From NCBI GenBank assembly GCA_963782525.1, contig CAWAKC010000001.1, positions 480,001 through 544,000 on the forward strand: a DNA stretch of 64,000 bases. Reading direction: 5' to 3'. The notes beneath the pieces are model-generated. The model ran no database searches. It had not been told where the DNA came from and saw only the letters and a list, made by a program, of their open reading frames with translations. The stretch is from Candidatus Bathyarchaeota archaeon. GTDB taxonomy: Archaea > Thermoproteota > Bathyarchaeia > Bathyarchaeales > Bathycorpusculaceae. Position numbers and translations under genes: made by a program. This document shows positions 1 to 8,961 of this stretch, piece by piece (positions within the stretch are counted from its first letter, which is position 1; each line of letters begins with the position of its first letter).

Positions 1-45
1 AAGATTAAAAAGAAAAAAAGAGGATTTTGTTTTGTTTTTGTTGGC

Positions 46-2937
46 TTATGCTCGTTTCCTAAGTAACAATACTACCAGCATTATGAGGACTATGATGATT
101 AAGACAAATAGTCCTGCGGCTACGGGAACAAAGTACATGTCAGCGGCAGAAGCGGTTGGCTCTGTTGATACCGGCGTAGGAGATGTTGATACTTCGCGTA
201 CTGACATGTAAGTTGAATCAGAAGAGGGTCCGTACGCTTTGGAGCCTGCAAAGGTTGCGATTATCTGGTATTGGCCTGGAACTTCGGGAGTGAATTGTGT
301 ACCGTATTTTCCGTATATGTCGCTTGTCACAGTGCCGATTGGGATTGTGTTGCCGTTTGGATCAATAGCTGTTAATGTTACTGGAACTCCTGTTGCGTTT
401 GATGGCTTAATTTGGTTCTCAAACATGTATTCCATCCATCGTCCCATGCTAGCATCGGATATTGCTGGTGTGCCTTGTAGTGTGAAGTCGAATTGGTAGT
501 TGTCATTGCGTCTTCCAGTAGGAGTCTGATCCGTCATTGTACCTGTAATCTCTACGCTGGAGCCAAGTGTTGGAACCACTTCTGGTGCGGAAACTGTGGT
601 TGCGCTAGGTCCTAGACCGATGCAGTAGATTTGGTTGTCCATGTAGTTGAGGCCTACGACTTTTCCGTCTCCCATTTGAATGTATTGCCCTGTGAGGTGC
701 GCTCCGTTATCAGCTCCCATACCCAGTAAGTTCCATATTTCTGTTCCGTCAGTTGCATTAACGCAACGAATGTTAGGTCCTCGCCAAAGGGGATTAGTGA
801 CTGAATGCTCACCTGTCAATGTGTAGATTTTTCCATCGCAAATGGCAAAGATGTTGATTGGGTAGTTGCCGTAAGGAGATTCACCACCGATGTTGGTTGC
901 AGTGAAGTTCCATTCTTGTTTTCCTGTTGTAATGTTATATGCGATTACTACTCCGCCGTATCCTGAGGTGATGAAGAGACCCTGGTAGTAATTGTACTGG
1001 GTGCTGTAGTAGTTTTCATCGGGTTCCGATGCAGATTGCCAAAGTTCCGCTCCCGTCTTCATGTCATAGCCCCAATAGGTCAGTTTCTTAGTGGAGTGGA
1101 AGATAATGACTCCGTCTTCAGGATAAATGCCTATCAAGCCTACTGAAAGAAAAGTGCCTACAGTTTCGTTTTGAGCAAGCGACACAAAAGGTGGTGTGAA
1201 AGTTGATGTCCACAATTGTTTACCCTCTTGTCCTCTGTCTAGACTGAGTGCCCACAATTGACCATTCACGACTCCTAGTTCATTGTTTGATCCGCCAGTT
1301 CCGACGATGACATAGCCGCCTACGTTATCTGAGAATCCTGTGTTTGGAGCATTATCTGTTCCGACACGAACGCATTGTATTGTGCCTGTTTGGTTGACTA
1401 TGGCATTTATTGGTCCGTTAATGTTTGGTATCGAAACGTTGAATGACCACGCAGTGCTTCCGTCAAATACTAGACCATTGCTGTATGCTGGTCCTCCACC
1501 AAAACCGCCTCCTTCGGGCCTAAATTGCCAATAAGAAGTTCCGGTTCCTGGCGGTGTCGCAGTTAATCCTTGTACGTTAGTGTTGTTCCAGCAGCTTAAG
1601 TAGTAACTGGGGTTGTCAGTGGTTCCTTTGTTGACAATGTTGTAATATAGTATTTCTCCATTATTGCCAATGACCTGTGTTCCTACAGCAGTTACGTTAC
1701 CGATGTAGCATATGTGGCGCAGTGGCAGTGTATATCCGTCCAGCATTTCCCAGTTAGGTGATGGTGGTCCAGCAAAGAAGAAACCGCCACCGACAGGTTG
1801 CTGTTGTGCAGCGCTCGTATAACCAGCTGGCAAAGTAACGCCTGATGTCCGCCACAAGAATGAATAGGCTCCGTGTTGGTTGGGCGAGTTGTACATGTAG
1901 ATTTGGCCAAGATTCGGCATCGTCTTGTTTTCGTACTCTATTAAGTTACCAGTGTATAGATCAATGACGTTAAAGCCCGTCGCTGAAGCTTCTTGCGTGT
2001 AGGCATCTGCGCGATCCGCATAAAACACTCTTCCATTCAGGATTATCGAGTCGAATTCCAAGCCTTGATAGTGTCCTGTCATGTACCCTTCGTCACCAAA
2101 CCGGGCGTCAGCGTAGCCTCCGACATATTGCGGTCTTGTCCAAAGTATATGGCTAGTATCTGTCCCTGCACCATAAACAAAACGTGTGGTTGTGCCGCCA
2201 GCTTGTCCTGTAGGTTGATTCCAAGCACCATTAAGCCAGTTTCCTGGTAATACACTCCATTGCCTAGCTGCGTTGTTTATGGGTCGTGTCCAATAGTCAC
2301 TCGGAAGCGGAGATTCAGTCCATAGAGGTACTGGATTCTCCTGGCAGTAGAATGTCGCTGGATTACTCTTAGCGGCGAGATAGTGCTGGTTTTGTGAAAC
2401 AGCAAGATTTGGATTGACGTTATAGCCAACTTCATGTGGACCTAGAGTCTGAGTTCCATTGGGCAATGTAACGATAGTGGTGTTTTTCCATGTGTCAGGG
2501 AAGATAGAAACAACCGAATATGTACCGATTTTGGTTGGAACATATGTCGCATATCCTCCGCCTACTGGGTCGCTATCTCCAAGAGTAATGATTGTTGAAT
2601 TTCCATCGGGGTCTGTGACATTGAATTGTTGACCTGTCCATGCAGCTCTATGCAGTGGAGCATTAACTAAGCCGTCTGTTTCGCCGATATCTGGGGGTAT
2701 ATCTGCAGTCCAGAGAACGAGCAGATTCTGTTGACCTACACCTATAACGTTACTTCCGACACTAACGTATGAGTACTCGAAATATGAGCTTACGAGGGGA
2801 CTGTTTGGGGCAAGAGCGCTAGTAGATGGCAAACTTGTAAGGGCAGCAGATGAAGAAAGCAGTAGCAGCATAATTATTGCAGTTGTTGTTGTATTATTTT
2901 TCGAGAATTTCACAGTTTTATTTTTCAAAATTTTCAT
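46..2937 (-). CDS. Secreted, C-terminally membrane-anchored PQQ-like beta-propeller repeat surface protein
   Basis: 963 aa; N-terminal signal-like hydrophobic segment, repeated 'AxD/NxxTGxxxW' propeller motifs, 14 N-x-S/T sequons in the mature region, C-terminal TM helix plus basic tail RKRA. Confidence 0.75.
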   Translation of the reverse strand: MKILKNKTVKFSKNNTTTTAIIMLLLLSSSAALTSLPSTSALAPNSPLVSSYFEYSYVSVGSNVIGVGQQNLLVLWTADIPPDIGETDGLVNAPLHRAAWTGQQFNVTDPDGNSTIITLGDSDPVGGGYATYVPTKIGTYSVVSIFPDTWKNTTIVTLPNGTQTLGPHEVGYNVNPNLAVSQNQHYLAAKSNPATFYCQENPVPLWTESPLPSDYWTRPINNAARQWSVLPGNWLNGAWNQPTGQAGGTTTRFVYGAGTDTSHILWTRPQYVGGYADARFGDEGYMTGHYQGLEFDSIILNGRVFYADRADAYTQEASATGFNVIDLYTGNLIEYENKTMPNLGQIYMYNSPNQHGAYSFLWRTSGVTLPAGYTSAAQQQPVGGGFFFAGPPSPNWEMLDGYTLPLRHICYIGNVTAVGTQVIGNNGEILYYNIVNKGTTDNPSYYLSCWNNTNVQGLTATPPGTGTSYWQFRPEGGGFGGGPAYSNGLVFDGSTAWSFNVSIPNINGPINAIVNQTGTIQCVRVGTDNAPNTGFSDNVGGYVIVGTGGSNNELGVVNGQLWALSLDRGQEGKQLWTSTFTPPFVSLAQNETVGTFLSVGLIGIYPEDGVIIFHSTKKLTYWGYDMKTGAELWQSASEPDENYYSTQYNYYQGLFITSGYGGVVIAYNITTGKQEWNFTATNIGGESPYGNYPINIFAICDGKIYTLTGEHSVTNPLWRGPNIRCVNATDGTEIWNLLGMGADNGAHLTGQYIQMGDGKVVGLNYMDNQIYCIGLGPSATTVSAPEVVPTLGSSVEITGTMTDQTPTGRRNDNYQFDFTLQGTPAISDASMGRWMEYMFENQIKPSNATGVPVTLTAIDPNGNTIPIGTVTSDIYGKYGTQFTPEVPGQYQIIATFAGSKAYGPSSDSTYMSVREVSTSPTPVSTEPTASAADMYFVPVAAGLFVLIIIVLIMLVVLLLRKRA

Positions 2938-3167
2938 TCTCCTAAAAAATTTTGGAGAACTATTACTAGTTATGCAAGTACTCTCTTATAAAATTTTCAA
3001 AGGGTTCATAGCTAAGAAGCTGGACTCCGAAGAAGTTTTATTATTGAATCCATATTTTTCATTGTAAGGCATTTCATTTTTAATGGTTCCAGAAACTGGA
3101 CGGTTTGTTCGTGTGCTTGGTGCTAAATAATCCAGTATTCTTAGTGTAGAGCAAGCAAGGGATGTAA

Positions 3168-3545
3168 ATGAAAAACAAAAACCTAATAGTCATAACCCTC
3201 TTGGCAACTGTTCTTCTCAGCGGAGCCTTCGTTTCTTTGGCTGCCGCAGACGATAACGTTTCCGACGTACCGACTCCTGAACCAATAACTGCACCACCTG
3301 ACGCTTCAGCAGCAGATTCAAGTGACAATTCAACCGCAAATCAAGGAGACAACGTGCTATACACAATACAAGACAACAGCACAGCCACAAACGATATCCA
3401 AGTACCCGGTGAAGCGCAACCAGATCTTATAGCAGCAAAAACAAGCACACCTGACAACACTTTACTGATTGCAGCAATCGCAACAGTTTTGGCAATTGCC
3501 GTCGGTGGTGTTATTGGAGTTTTCTTTTACCGCAAAAAGGTTTAA
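3168..3545 (+). CDS. Small secreted, membrane-anchored acidic/Ser-Thr-rich protein
   Basis: Signal peptide, low-complexity D/S/T/P core, C-terminal TM plus YRKKV tail. Confidence 0.7.
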   Translation: MKNKNLIVITLLATVLLSGAFVSLAAADDNVSDVPTPEPITAPPDASAADSSDNSTANQGDNVLYTIQDNSTATNDIQVPGEAQPDLIAAKTSTPDNTLLIAAIATVLAIAVGGVIGVFFYRKKV

Positions 3546-3780
3546 CACAGCTTAAACAAAGCTTTAATTTTTCTCTTTTTCTGTTTTTGAAAAAAATTGG
3601 GAGATAAATTGGTTGGTTGTTGGGTGGATGCAATCAAATATTTTTAATAAGTATCCAATCGCTAAGAGACTTGTTTTAAACTTTGCCGATTTTAAGTCGG
3701 AGGTGAAATATTTGCCTAAAAAGAAGTAAGAATCTGACCTGAAAAGGACCGCGCCACGTGTTACAATTCCCAAACCTGAA

Positions 3781-3882
3781 ATGACTGATGATAAGAAATT
3801 CAAGTGCCCTATTGACCCAGAGGTTTATGGTAACCGCAAGGATTACGATGCGCACTGTAAAGAAGAACATGACGTCCTATAA
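3781..3882 (+). CDS. C2H2-like zinc-finger microprotein (possibly the 3' part of a gene starting at TTG 3712 and interrupted by TAA)
   Basis: MTDDKKFKCPIDPEVYGNRKDYDAHCKEEHDVL, C-x2-D-x12-H-x4-H; GGAGGTG at 3699-3705 precedes the in-frame TTG 3712. Confidence 0.5.
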   Translation: MTDDKKFKCPIDPEVYGNRKDYDAHCKEEHDVL

Positions 3883-3937
3883 AGTAAGCTACAATTTGCC
3901 TGATTTGGGATTATTTCAGTGGAATTGAAGGTTGCTT

Positions 3938-4093
3938 TTAGCGGATTGCTTCGTCTATTTTTTGGTCACGTTTTGTTCGTGTGACTTCTTTGAATAGTTC
4001 CAAGCATTCTTCTTTTGTTGGAGCTTCAATTCCGATGCTGCCATAAGCGCCTATGTCGATTCTATATTTTCTTTTATCTTCGTTTTGACTCAT
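3938..4093 (-). CDS. Hypothetical 51-aa protein
   Basis: ATG preceded by GGGGAGGGG; MSQNEDKRKYRIDIGAYGSIGIEAPTKEECLELFKEVTRTKRDQKIDEAIR; co-oriented with the upstream cluster. Confidence 0.55.
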   Translation of the reverse strand: MSQNEDKRKYRIDIGAYGSIGIEAPTKEECLELFKEVTRTKRDQKIDEAIR

Positions 4094-4141
4094 TTGAGCC
4101 CCTCCCCCGTACAATCAAATTTCAAGTATCTATGTACGCTA

Positions 4142-4924
4142 TTATAAGGTTAATGTATGTTCACTCATTAATTCGAGGCTTTTCTTAGCGTTAAAAACCA
4201 CAAAAACCGAGTTCCTCAGGTACCGACCTATTATCCCCACCAAACCCGCTGCGTAAGTCCCAAGCTTACAGGTCAAAGCATACTCAAACATACCCAAAGT
4301 TTCGACATCAATTACATCCCGATTCAACCGAGTCCGCTCGAGCACTTCATCTATTTTTTCTTTAGAAGCACCCAAAATAATCAGCCTATCCAGCAAAGAC
4401 TGTTGCCAAGCATGAAGCTTCTCAACTTGTTCCAGCGCCAATTCCGCATGCAATCCTTCAGCTTCTTCAGTCATAGAAGAAATTGGTTTAATGCTCAGAG
4501 GTAAACGTTCGGCTAAGCTGTACATTTCTGCGATGTTCTTCAAATCCACCGCTCTACCGTTCACAAGTTGCGATTGCAAATTTGCCACAGGTATGATAGC
4601 TGGAATCGTTTTGGGTTCAAAAATTCCGACGTCCACGAGTAACTCTTGCCTGTTGAAATCAATTTTTTCAACGAACCCTTTTAAGAGGGGCAGGTTTTTG
4701 GCGTTTTCGAGGTTTGTGGGGCATGTGCCTATTTTTTTGTTGATGTAGCTTGTGGCTATGGCTTCGTCTTCGCCTGAAAGTGAAACCTGGACCCATCTGT
4801 TGGCGGTGCTGGTTAAGACTTTTACTTCAACATCTAACTCTTCGAACTGGGTTTTTAACAGTTCATCTATTTGTTTGACTTGCCCAAGGTTTGAGGCTTT
4901 AACTAATAATGTTAAGTTGGTCAT
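4142..4924 (-). CDS. DUF2110 family protein
   Basis: Position after the tfe and HD genes; 'LLVDVG', 'DRLIILG' and 'CKLGT' motifs. Confidence 0.7.
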   Translation of the reverse strand: MTNLTLLVKASNLGQVKQIDELLKTQFEELDVEVKVLTSTANRWVQVSLSGEDEAIATSYINKKIGTCPTNLENAKNLPLLKGFVEKIDFNRQELLVDVGIFEPKTIPAIIPVANLQSQLVNGRAVDLKNIAEMYSLAERLPLSIKPISSMTEEAEGLHAELALEQVEKLHAWQQSLLDRLIILGASKEKIDEVLERTRLNRDVIDVETLGMFEYALTCKLGTYAAGLVGIIGRYLRNSVFVVFNAKKSLELMSEHTLTL

Positions 4925-5451
4925 GGTTTGTTGCCTAGTAAGGTGGTTATTTCATCGTATAGCTTTCTAACTCTTTCTGCTGCTTCCCTCTTATTTTCTT
5001 TCTGCAGCTTAGTAATTTCTGTTTCAACCGGCTTTCTTTTTCCGTGATCAATCAATTTGTCGGCGTAGCAGACAACTTTCTCCTCCAGCGTTTGGGGTAT
5101 GTAGGTGTCTTTTGGCCAACCCAGTTTTGCTGCTTCATTAGCTGAGATTCCTGCGCCAACATGCCGCTTAATTATTCTAATAATGGATTCCGGTAAGCCT
5201 AGTGCCTGTGCCATTTGGGCTCCGATTATTGCGTGGTCAACTGTGTGGTTTTTTGAGCGACCAAGGTCATGCAAAAGTGCACCTGCGTTAACCAAATCAA
5301 CGTCAATAGTTAGTCCTTTCTCTTGAAGTTTCTTTGCCGTTTCCACAGCTAAATCTGCAACGGCTTCACAGTGGTGGATGACTTGAAGTGGACACTTGTT
5401 GATGCGGAGAAGTTCTATAGCTTGCTCCCTACTCGGAAGCAGGCTATTCAC
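4921..5451 (-). CDS. HD-domain protein (TIGR00295-like)
   Basis: HC...ALLHDLG...H...RH...EEKVVCYADK motifs. Confidence 0.85.
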   Translation of the reverse strand: MNSLLPSREQAIELLRINKCPLQVIHHCEAVADLAVETAKKLQEKGLTIDVDLVNAGALLHDLGRSKNHTVDHAIIGAQMAQALGLPESIIRIIKRHVGAGISANEAAKLGWPKDTYIPQTLEEKVVCYADKLIDHGKRKPVETEITKLQKENKREAAERVRKLYDEITTLLGNKP

Positions 5452-5956
5452 CCAGTTCCTTCCTTAAGATCTCAACTTTCTCTGAAAGCTTGCTTATCAT
5501 CAGCTCGTTTCCAAAATGTACGAGGTTTTTGCCGCATGTGGAACAGTGAAAAACTAGTTCAACTGCTTCTTCGAAAGGAACCCGTTTACATTCGAGACTG
5601 TCACAGTAGTAGAAGTCATGGTTTTTTTCGTATTCCAACCTTACATTGAGTTTTTCTAAAACACGCCTTTTCTGACTTAAAATAAAGCCTTCAAGTTGGT
5701 CTGGTTGAAGTTTCCAGTGAAAAATAAACCAGCCAGTCTTTGGGTCTCGTGTCCTTCTTAGGCTTACGAGCGAGTGGTCGTAGAGTTTATAGAGGATTTT
5801 GCGGACTGAATTGAGGCGAATACCTGTTTTGTTTGCGATTTCATCGTCAGTTATCTCTTCCACGCCTTTTAAGTGAGCTATAAGTTGAACTGCTTCTTCT
5901 CCACCTAACGCCAACGCTACTTTCGTTAAGGTTGAATCATCAATAGTCGCTAACAT
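5444..5956 (-). CDS. tfe: Transcription factor E
   Basis: wHTH 'ITDDEIA...VRKILYKL', 'RDPKTGWFIFHW', C-terminal zinc ribbon. Confidence 0.92.
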   Translation of the reverse strand: MLATIDDSTLTKVALALGGEEAVQLIAHLKGVEEITDDEIANKTGIRLNSVRKILYKLYDHSLVSLRRTRDPKTGWFIFHWKLQPDQLEGFILSQKRRVLEKLNVRLEYEKNHDFYYCDSLECKRVPFEEAVELVFHCSTCGKNLVHFGNELMISKLSEKVEILRKELGE

Positions 5957-6023
5957 ACACTAATGTTCCTTTTTGAATACCCTAATAATTGAAACTTGAG
6001 GTAATAAAACCCTTCCCAAAACA

Positions 6024-6614
6024 TTAAGGAAAATCCACGTTGTTCGCATGACTTCTGATTTCTTTTCCCCGCTCTTTTGGAACTATCTCAATTTTGGCTT
6101 TTTCGAAGGGCTGAGCTAATTCTTTGCCTCCGAAGTAGCGATCCAAAAAAATGGCAAGCGAAGAACACTCTGAATGCGGTTGATTCCCAACAGCCACGTT
6201 AAAATCTGAGACTTCGTTTGAGTAAAACTCACCTGGAACCTTCTGGCTCCCCACAAGAAGCATCACATCTTTGTTTGCTGACTTAATTCTGCTCATGACA
6301 TCACTTGACTGAATGTTTTCGCCATAAGCCGTCAAATGCACCACGATGCCATCCTTAGCTTTCCATTCACGAAGTGCCCTTTTCCAAGGCGTTCCCATTT
6401 CAAAGTAAAAGTTTCCTCCCCACGCTCTGGTGATTTTGGCTACGGTTTCTTGTATATGGGTGTCTTTTGTGTCGGAGAGTATGAAGCCTGAAGCACATAG
6501 CGCCCGAGCAGTCAAAGCCACATGTGTAGTTAAACGCACATCACGTTGTGGTCTGTGTCCCCAACGCAACACGCAAATCTTAGGCAGATCACTCGAGGGT
6601 TTGGAATTTTCCAT
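6024..6614 (-). CDS. trm56: tRNA (cytidine(56)-2'-O)-methyltransferase
   Basis: GHRPQRDVRLTTHVALTARA, HLTAYG, GNQPHSE SPOUT motifs. Confidence 0.93.
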   Translation of the reverse strand: MENSKPSSDLPKICVLRWGHRPQRDVRLTTHVALTARALCASGFILSDTKDTHIQETVAKITRAWGGNFYFEMGTPWKRALREWKAKDGIVVHLTAYGENIQSSDVMSRIKSANKDVMLLVGSQKVPGEFYSNEVSDFNVAVGNQPHSECSSLAIFLDRYFGGKELAQPFEKAKIEIVPKERGKEIRSHANNVDFP

Positions 6615-7824
6615 TTAAATCTTCCACTTTCCTTCTAACTTGCTCAGCTATACTTGGAGCAGCTTCAAAAACAACATCCACCGAATCGTTGGTAAAGTTT
6701 TCTTTTTCGATATGTGTTTTTTCATGAACCCACGAAATAAACGGCATCGCCTTACCTGTAAGTGGCACTGAAAACTGGGCTTGAACGTAGTTTTCGAGAA
6801 CACGCAAAATATGTTTTCTTAGCGCATCGAGATTGGTTTGGCATTTTGCAGACAGCAGGATTGGGTTTCTGACTTTGTCTTTGAGGGCTTCGAATTTTTG
6901 TTGTCTTTCCTCTTCTGTTAGTTTATCAATTTTGTTTAGGGCAGTTATGGTTGGTATGCCACATGCCCCGAGGCGCTCGATTGTTTCGAGGCAAACCTTG
7001 TTTTTCTTCTCGATGGTTTCTAAGGGCTCGTTTAAGTCGATAACCAATATTATGAGGTCGGAGAAGATGGTTTCCTCGAGAGTTGAATTGAAAGCTTCGA
7101 TAAGTGCTAGCGGTAGGCGGTCGATGAACCCGACAGTGTCAGTTAAGAGGAATTTGCGGTTAGAAAACTCCACCATACGAGTCGTTGTAGAAAGCGTCGT
7201 GAATAGAGCGTTATCTACTTTGACGGTGTCTTCCGTTAAAGCGTTGAAGAGGGAACTTTTTCCAGCGTTAGTGTATCCAGCAAGCGAAACAGTGAGAAAG
7301 CCAAGCTCGGTTCTCCTTTCCCGCTGCAAAACCCTTTTTTCCCGCACTCTTTCAAGTTTTTTTAAGATTGTTTGGACCTGCCGTTTGATGGCATCCCGAT
7401 AAACGTCTGCTTCATAAGCCCCAAGCCCCATAAACCCAGGTTGTTCGCTTCCTTTGGATAACCGTACTTTTTCTCTGGCATGTTTTAGTTCATTTCGCAC
7501 CAATGCAAGCTGAATTTGCAGTTGAGCTTCAGTTGTCGTGGCTCGTTTGGTAAAGATTTCTAGGATAAGCTGGAAGCGATCGATGACTTCGACTTTGGTC
7601 GCTTTGGCAAGGTTGTAGGTTTGAATTGTGCGGAGCTGGTTGTCAAAAATTATTTTGCCAGCGCCAGTTTCCTCGACCATTCGTGAGAGTTCTTCAACTT
7701 TTCCAGCGCCAATTTGGTAGCGTGAGTCAGGCGGGCGGGTCTGCTCCATCGTTCCAACAACAGTGTAGCCGGCAGCTTGCGCTAACGCTTTAAGCTCATC
7801 TAAACTTGATTCTTCACGGTTCAA
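6589..7824 (-). CDS. hflX: GTPase HflX (true start probably upstream, near 7851)
   Basis: GYTNAGKSSLFN, LFTTL, DTVGFI, NKID motifs. Confidence 0.95.
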   Translation of the reverse strand: MNREESSLDELKALAQAAGYTVVGTMEQTRPPDSRYQIGAGKVEELSRMVEETGAGKIIFDNQLRTIQTYNLAKATKVEVIDRFQLILEIFTKRATTTEAQLQIQLALVRNELKHAREKVRLSKGSEQPGFMGLGAYEADVYRDAIKRQVQTILKKLERVREKRVLQRERRTELGFLTVSLAGYTNAGKSSLFNALTEDTVKVDNALFTTLSTTTRMVEFSNRKFLLTDTVGFIDRLPLALIEAFNSTLEETIFSDLIILVIDLNEPLETIEKKNKVCLETIERLGACGIPTITALNKIDKLTEEERQQKFEALKDKVRNPILLSAKCQTNLDALRKHILRVLENYVQAQFSVPLTGKAMPFISWVHEKTHIEKENFTNDSVDVVFEAAPSIAEQVRRKVEDLNGKFQTLE

Positions 7825-7835
7825 CCTGCGCTGTG

Positions 7836-8414
7836 CTATGATAGCTTTCGTTTCGTGGGTTCCTCCCCGCTTTTCTCCTTGAACTCGACGAGGTCCCCTA
7901 AAGTCATCTCCTCACTTGCAACCCTACCCACATGAACATTAGCTTTTTCGTCAGCGATAGGAACCATCAACTGGATCCTCAAAGCATGCTCCAGTTTGCT
8001 GGCTAATTGGTTGTTAGGAGCAACTTTGCCAGTCTCGATATGTCTCAGCAAAGAGGCTTTTTCATTGATTTTTTTGCCCAAATCCTCGTGACTCAAAACA
8101 AGTTTTTCTCTTGCAACTCGAATCTTGTTGGCGTACCCTTCAACGAGTTCTGTGGTTAACTGCACTTGGGCAATAGGAGGTTTTTTCTGGATTGTTGGGA
8201 GATGCATCGTTGATTTAGTCGAGGACGATGAAGGTGAGGTTGGGGATGGGCGTGAGAAAGGCATTTTCTGTGGAGCAGCAGGCAGGTCCGGCTGTTCACG
8301 TATTATTACTTGTCCATGCTTGGAGCATTCTAAACAAACTGTTAGTTTGGCTCCTTCGATAACTGCCCGTACGGGTTCATCGTGTATTTTGCGTCCACAA
8401 ACCTCACATCTCAA
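7836..8414 (-). CDS. mbf1: Archaeal multiprotein bridging factor aMBF1
   Basis: N-terminal CEVCG...CLEC zinc ribbon, Cro-like HTH, C-terminal TLGD. Confidence 0.92.
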   Translation of the reverse strand: MRCEVCGRKIHDEPVRAVIEGAKLTVCLECSKHGQVIIREQPDLPAAPQKMPFSRPSPTSPSSSSTKSTMHLPTIQKKPPIAQVQLTTELVEGYANKIRVAREKLVLSHEDLGKKINEKASLLRHIETGKVAPNNQLASKLEHALRIQLMVPIADEKANVHVGRVASEEMTLGDLVEFKEKSGEEPTKRKLS

Positions 8415-8490
8415 GAAACGTTCACCTTTTAACTGTCTTTATAATCTTGTTATGTTTATACTTGTCGAAACAACTTCGCCGGGATGACTC

Positions 8491-8958
8491 ATGGAGAATT
8501 CACTTGCAAAAGTAAGGTCCATAGCTGACTACCAATTCGGAAAGGGAGTAGGCTTAGAGCTTTTTCCCAACACCGTAGAAATCCAGTATTCGCCGCGAAC
8601 GGGCAGAATACGCTACATTAATCTAGACGGCGAGCGGTTAGCTACATTGCGCCCGACCGATGGCGTACTTTCTTTAAGCATCAAAGCCGCCGTTTTTATG
8701 GCTGAAAAAACACCTTTCGCTAAATGTTTTGTTACAGTGAAAAATGATGTTTCCAAATTCATCGCTGAAGGAGGAGACGTCTTCGCGGTCCACGTTCTTA
8801 AGGTTGATGGGGAGGTGGGGGCAAGAGACGAAGTTATCGTGATTGATGAGGATGGGCAGGTTTTAGCGGTTGGACGCACCTTGCTCTCCAGCGAAGAGAT
8901 GAAGGCTTTCAAGACGGGCGTAGCAGTCAAGGTTCGTCATGGAATTAGGGAAAGGTAG
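8491..8958 (+). CDS. PUA-domain protein (stand-alone ArcTGT C2+PUA-like)
   Basis: IADYQFG start, 'VFAVHV...DEVIVID...LAVG...GVAVKVR' PUA signature. Confidence 0.85.
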   Translation: MENSLAKVRSIADYQFGKGVGLELFPNTVEIQYSPRTGRIRYINLDGERLATLRPTDGVLSLSIKAAVFMAEKTPFAKCFVTVKNDVSKFIAEGGDVFAVHVLKVDGEVGARDEVIVIDEDGQVLAVGRTLLSSEEMKAFKTGVAVKVRHGIRER

Positions 8959-8961
8959 GGT

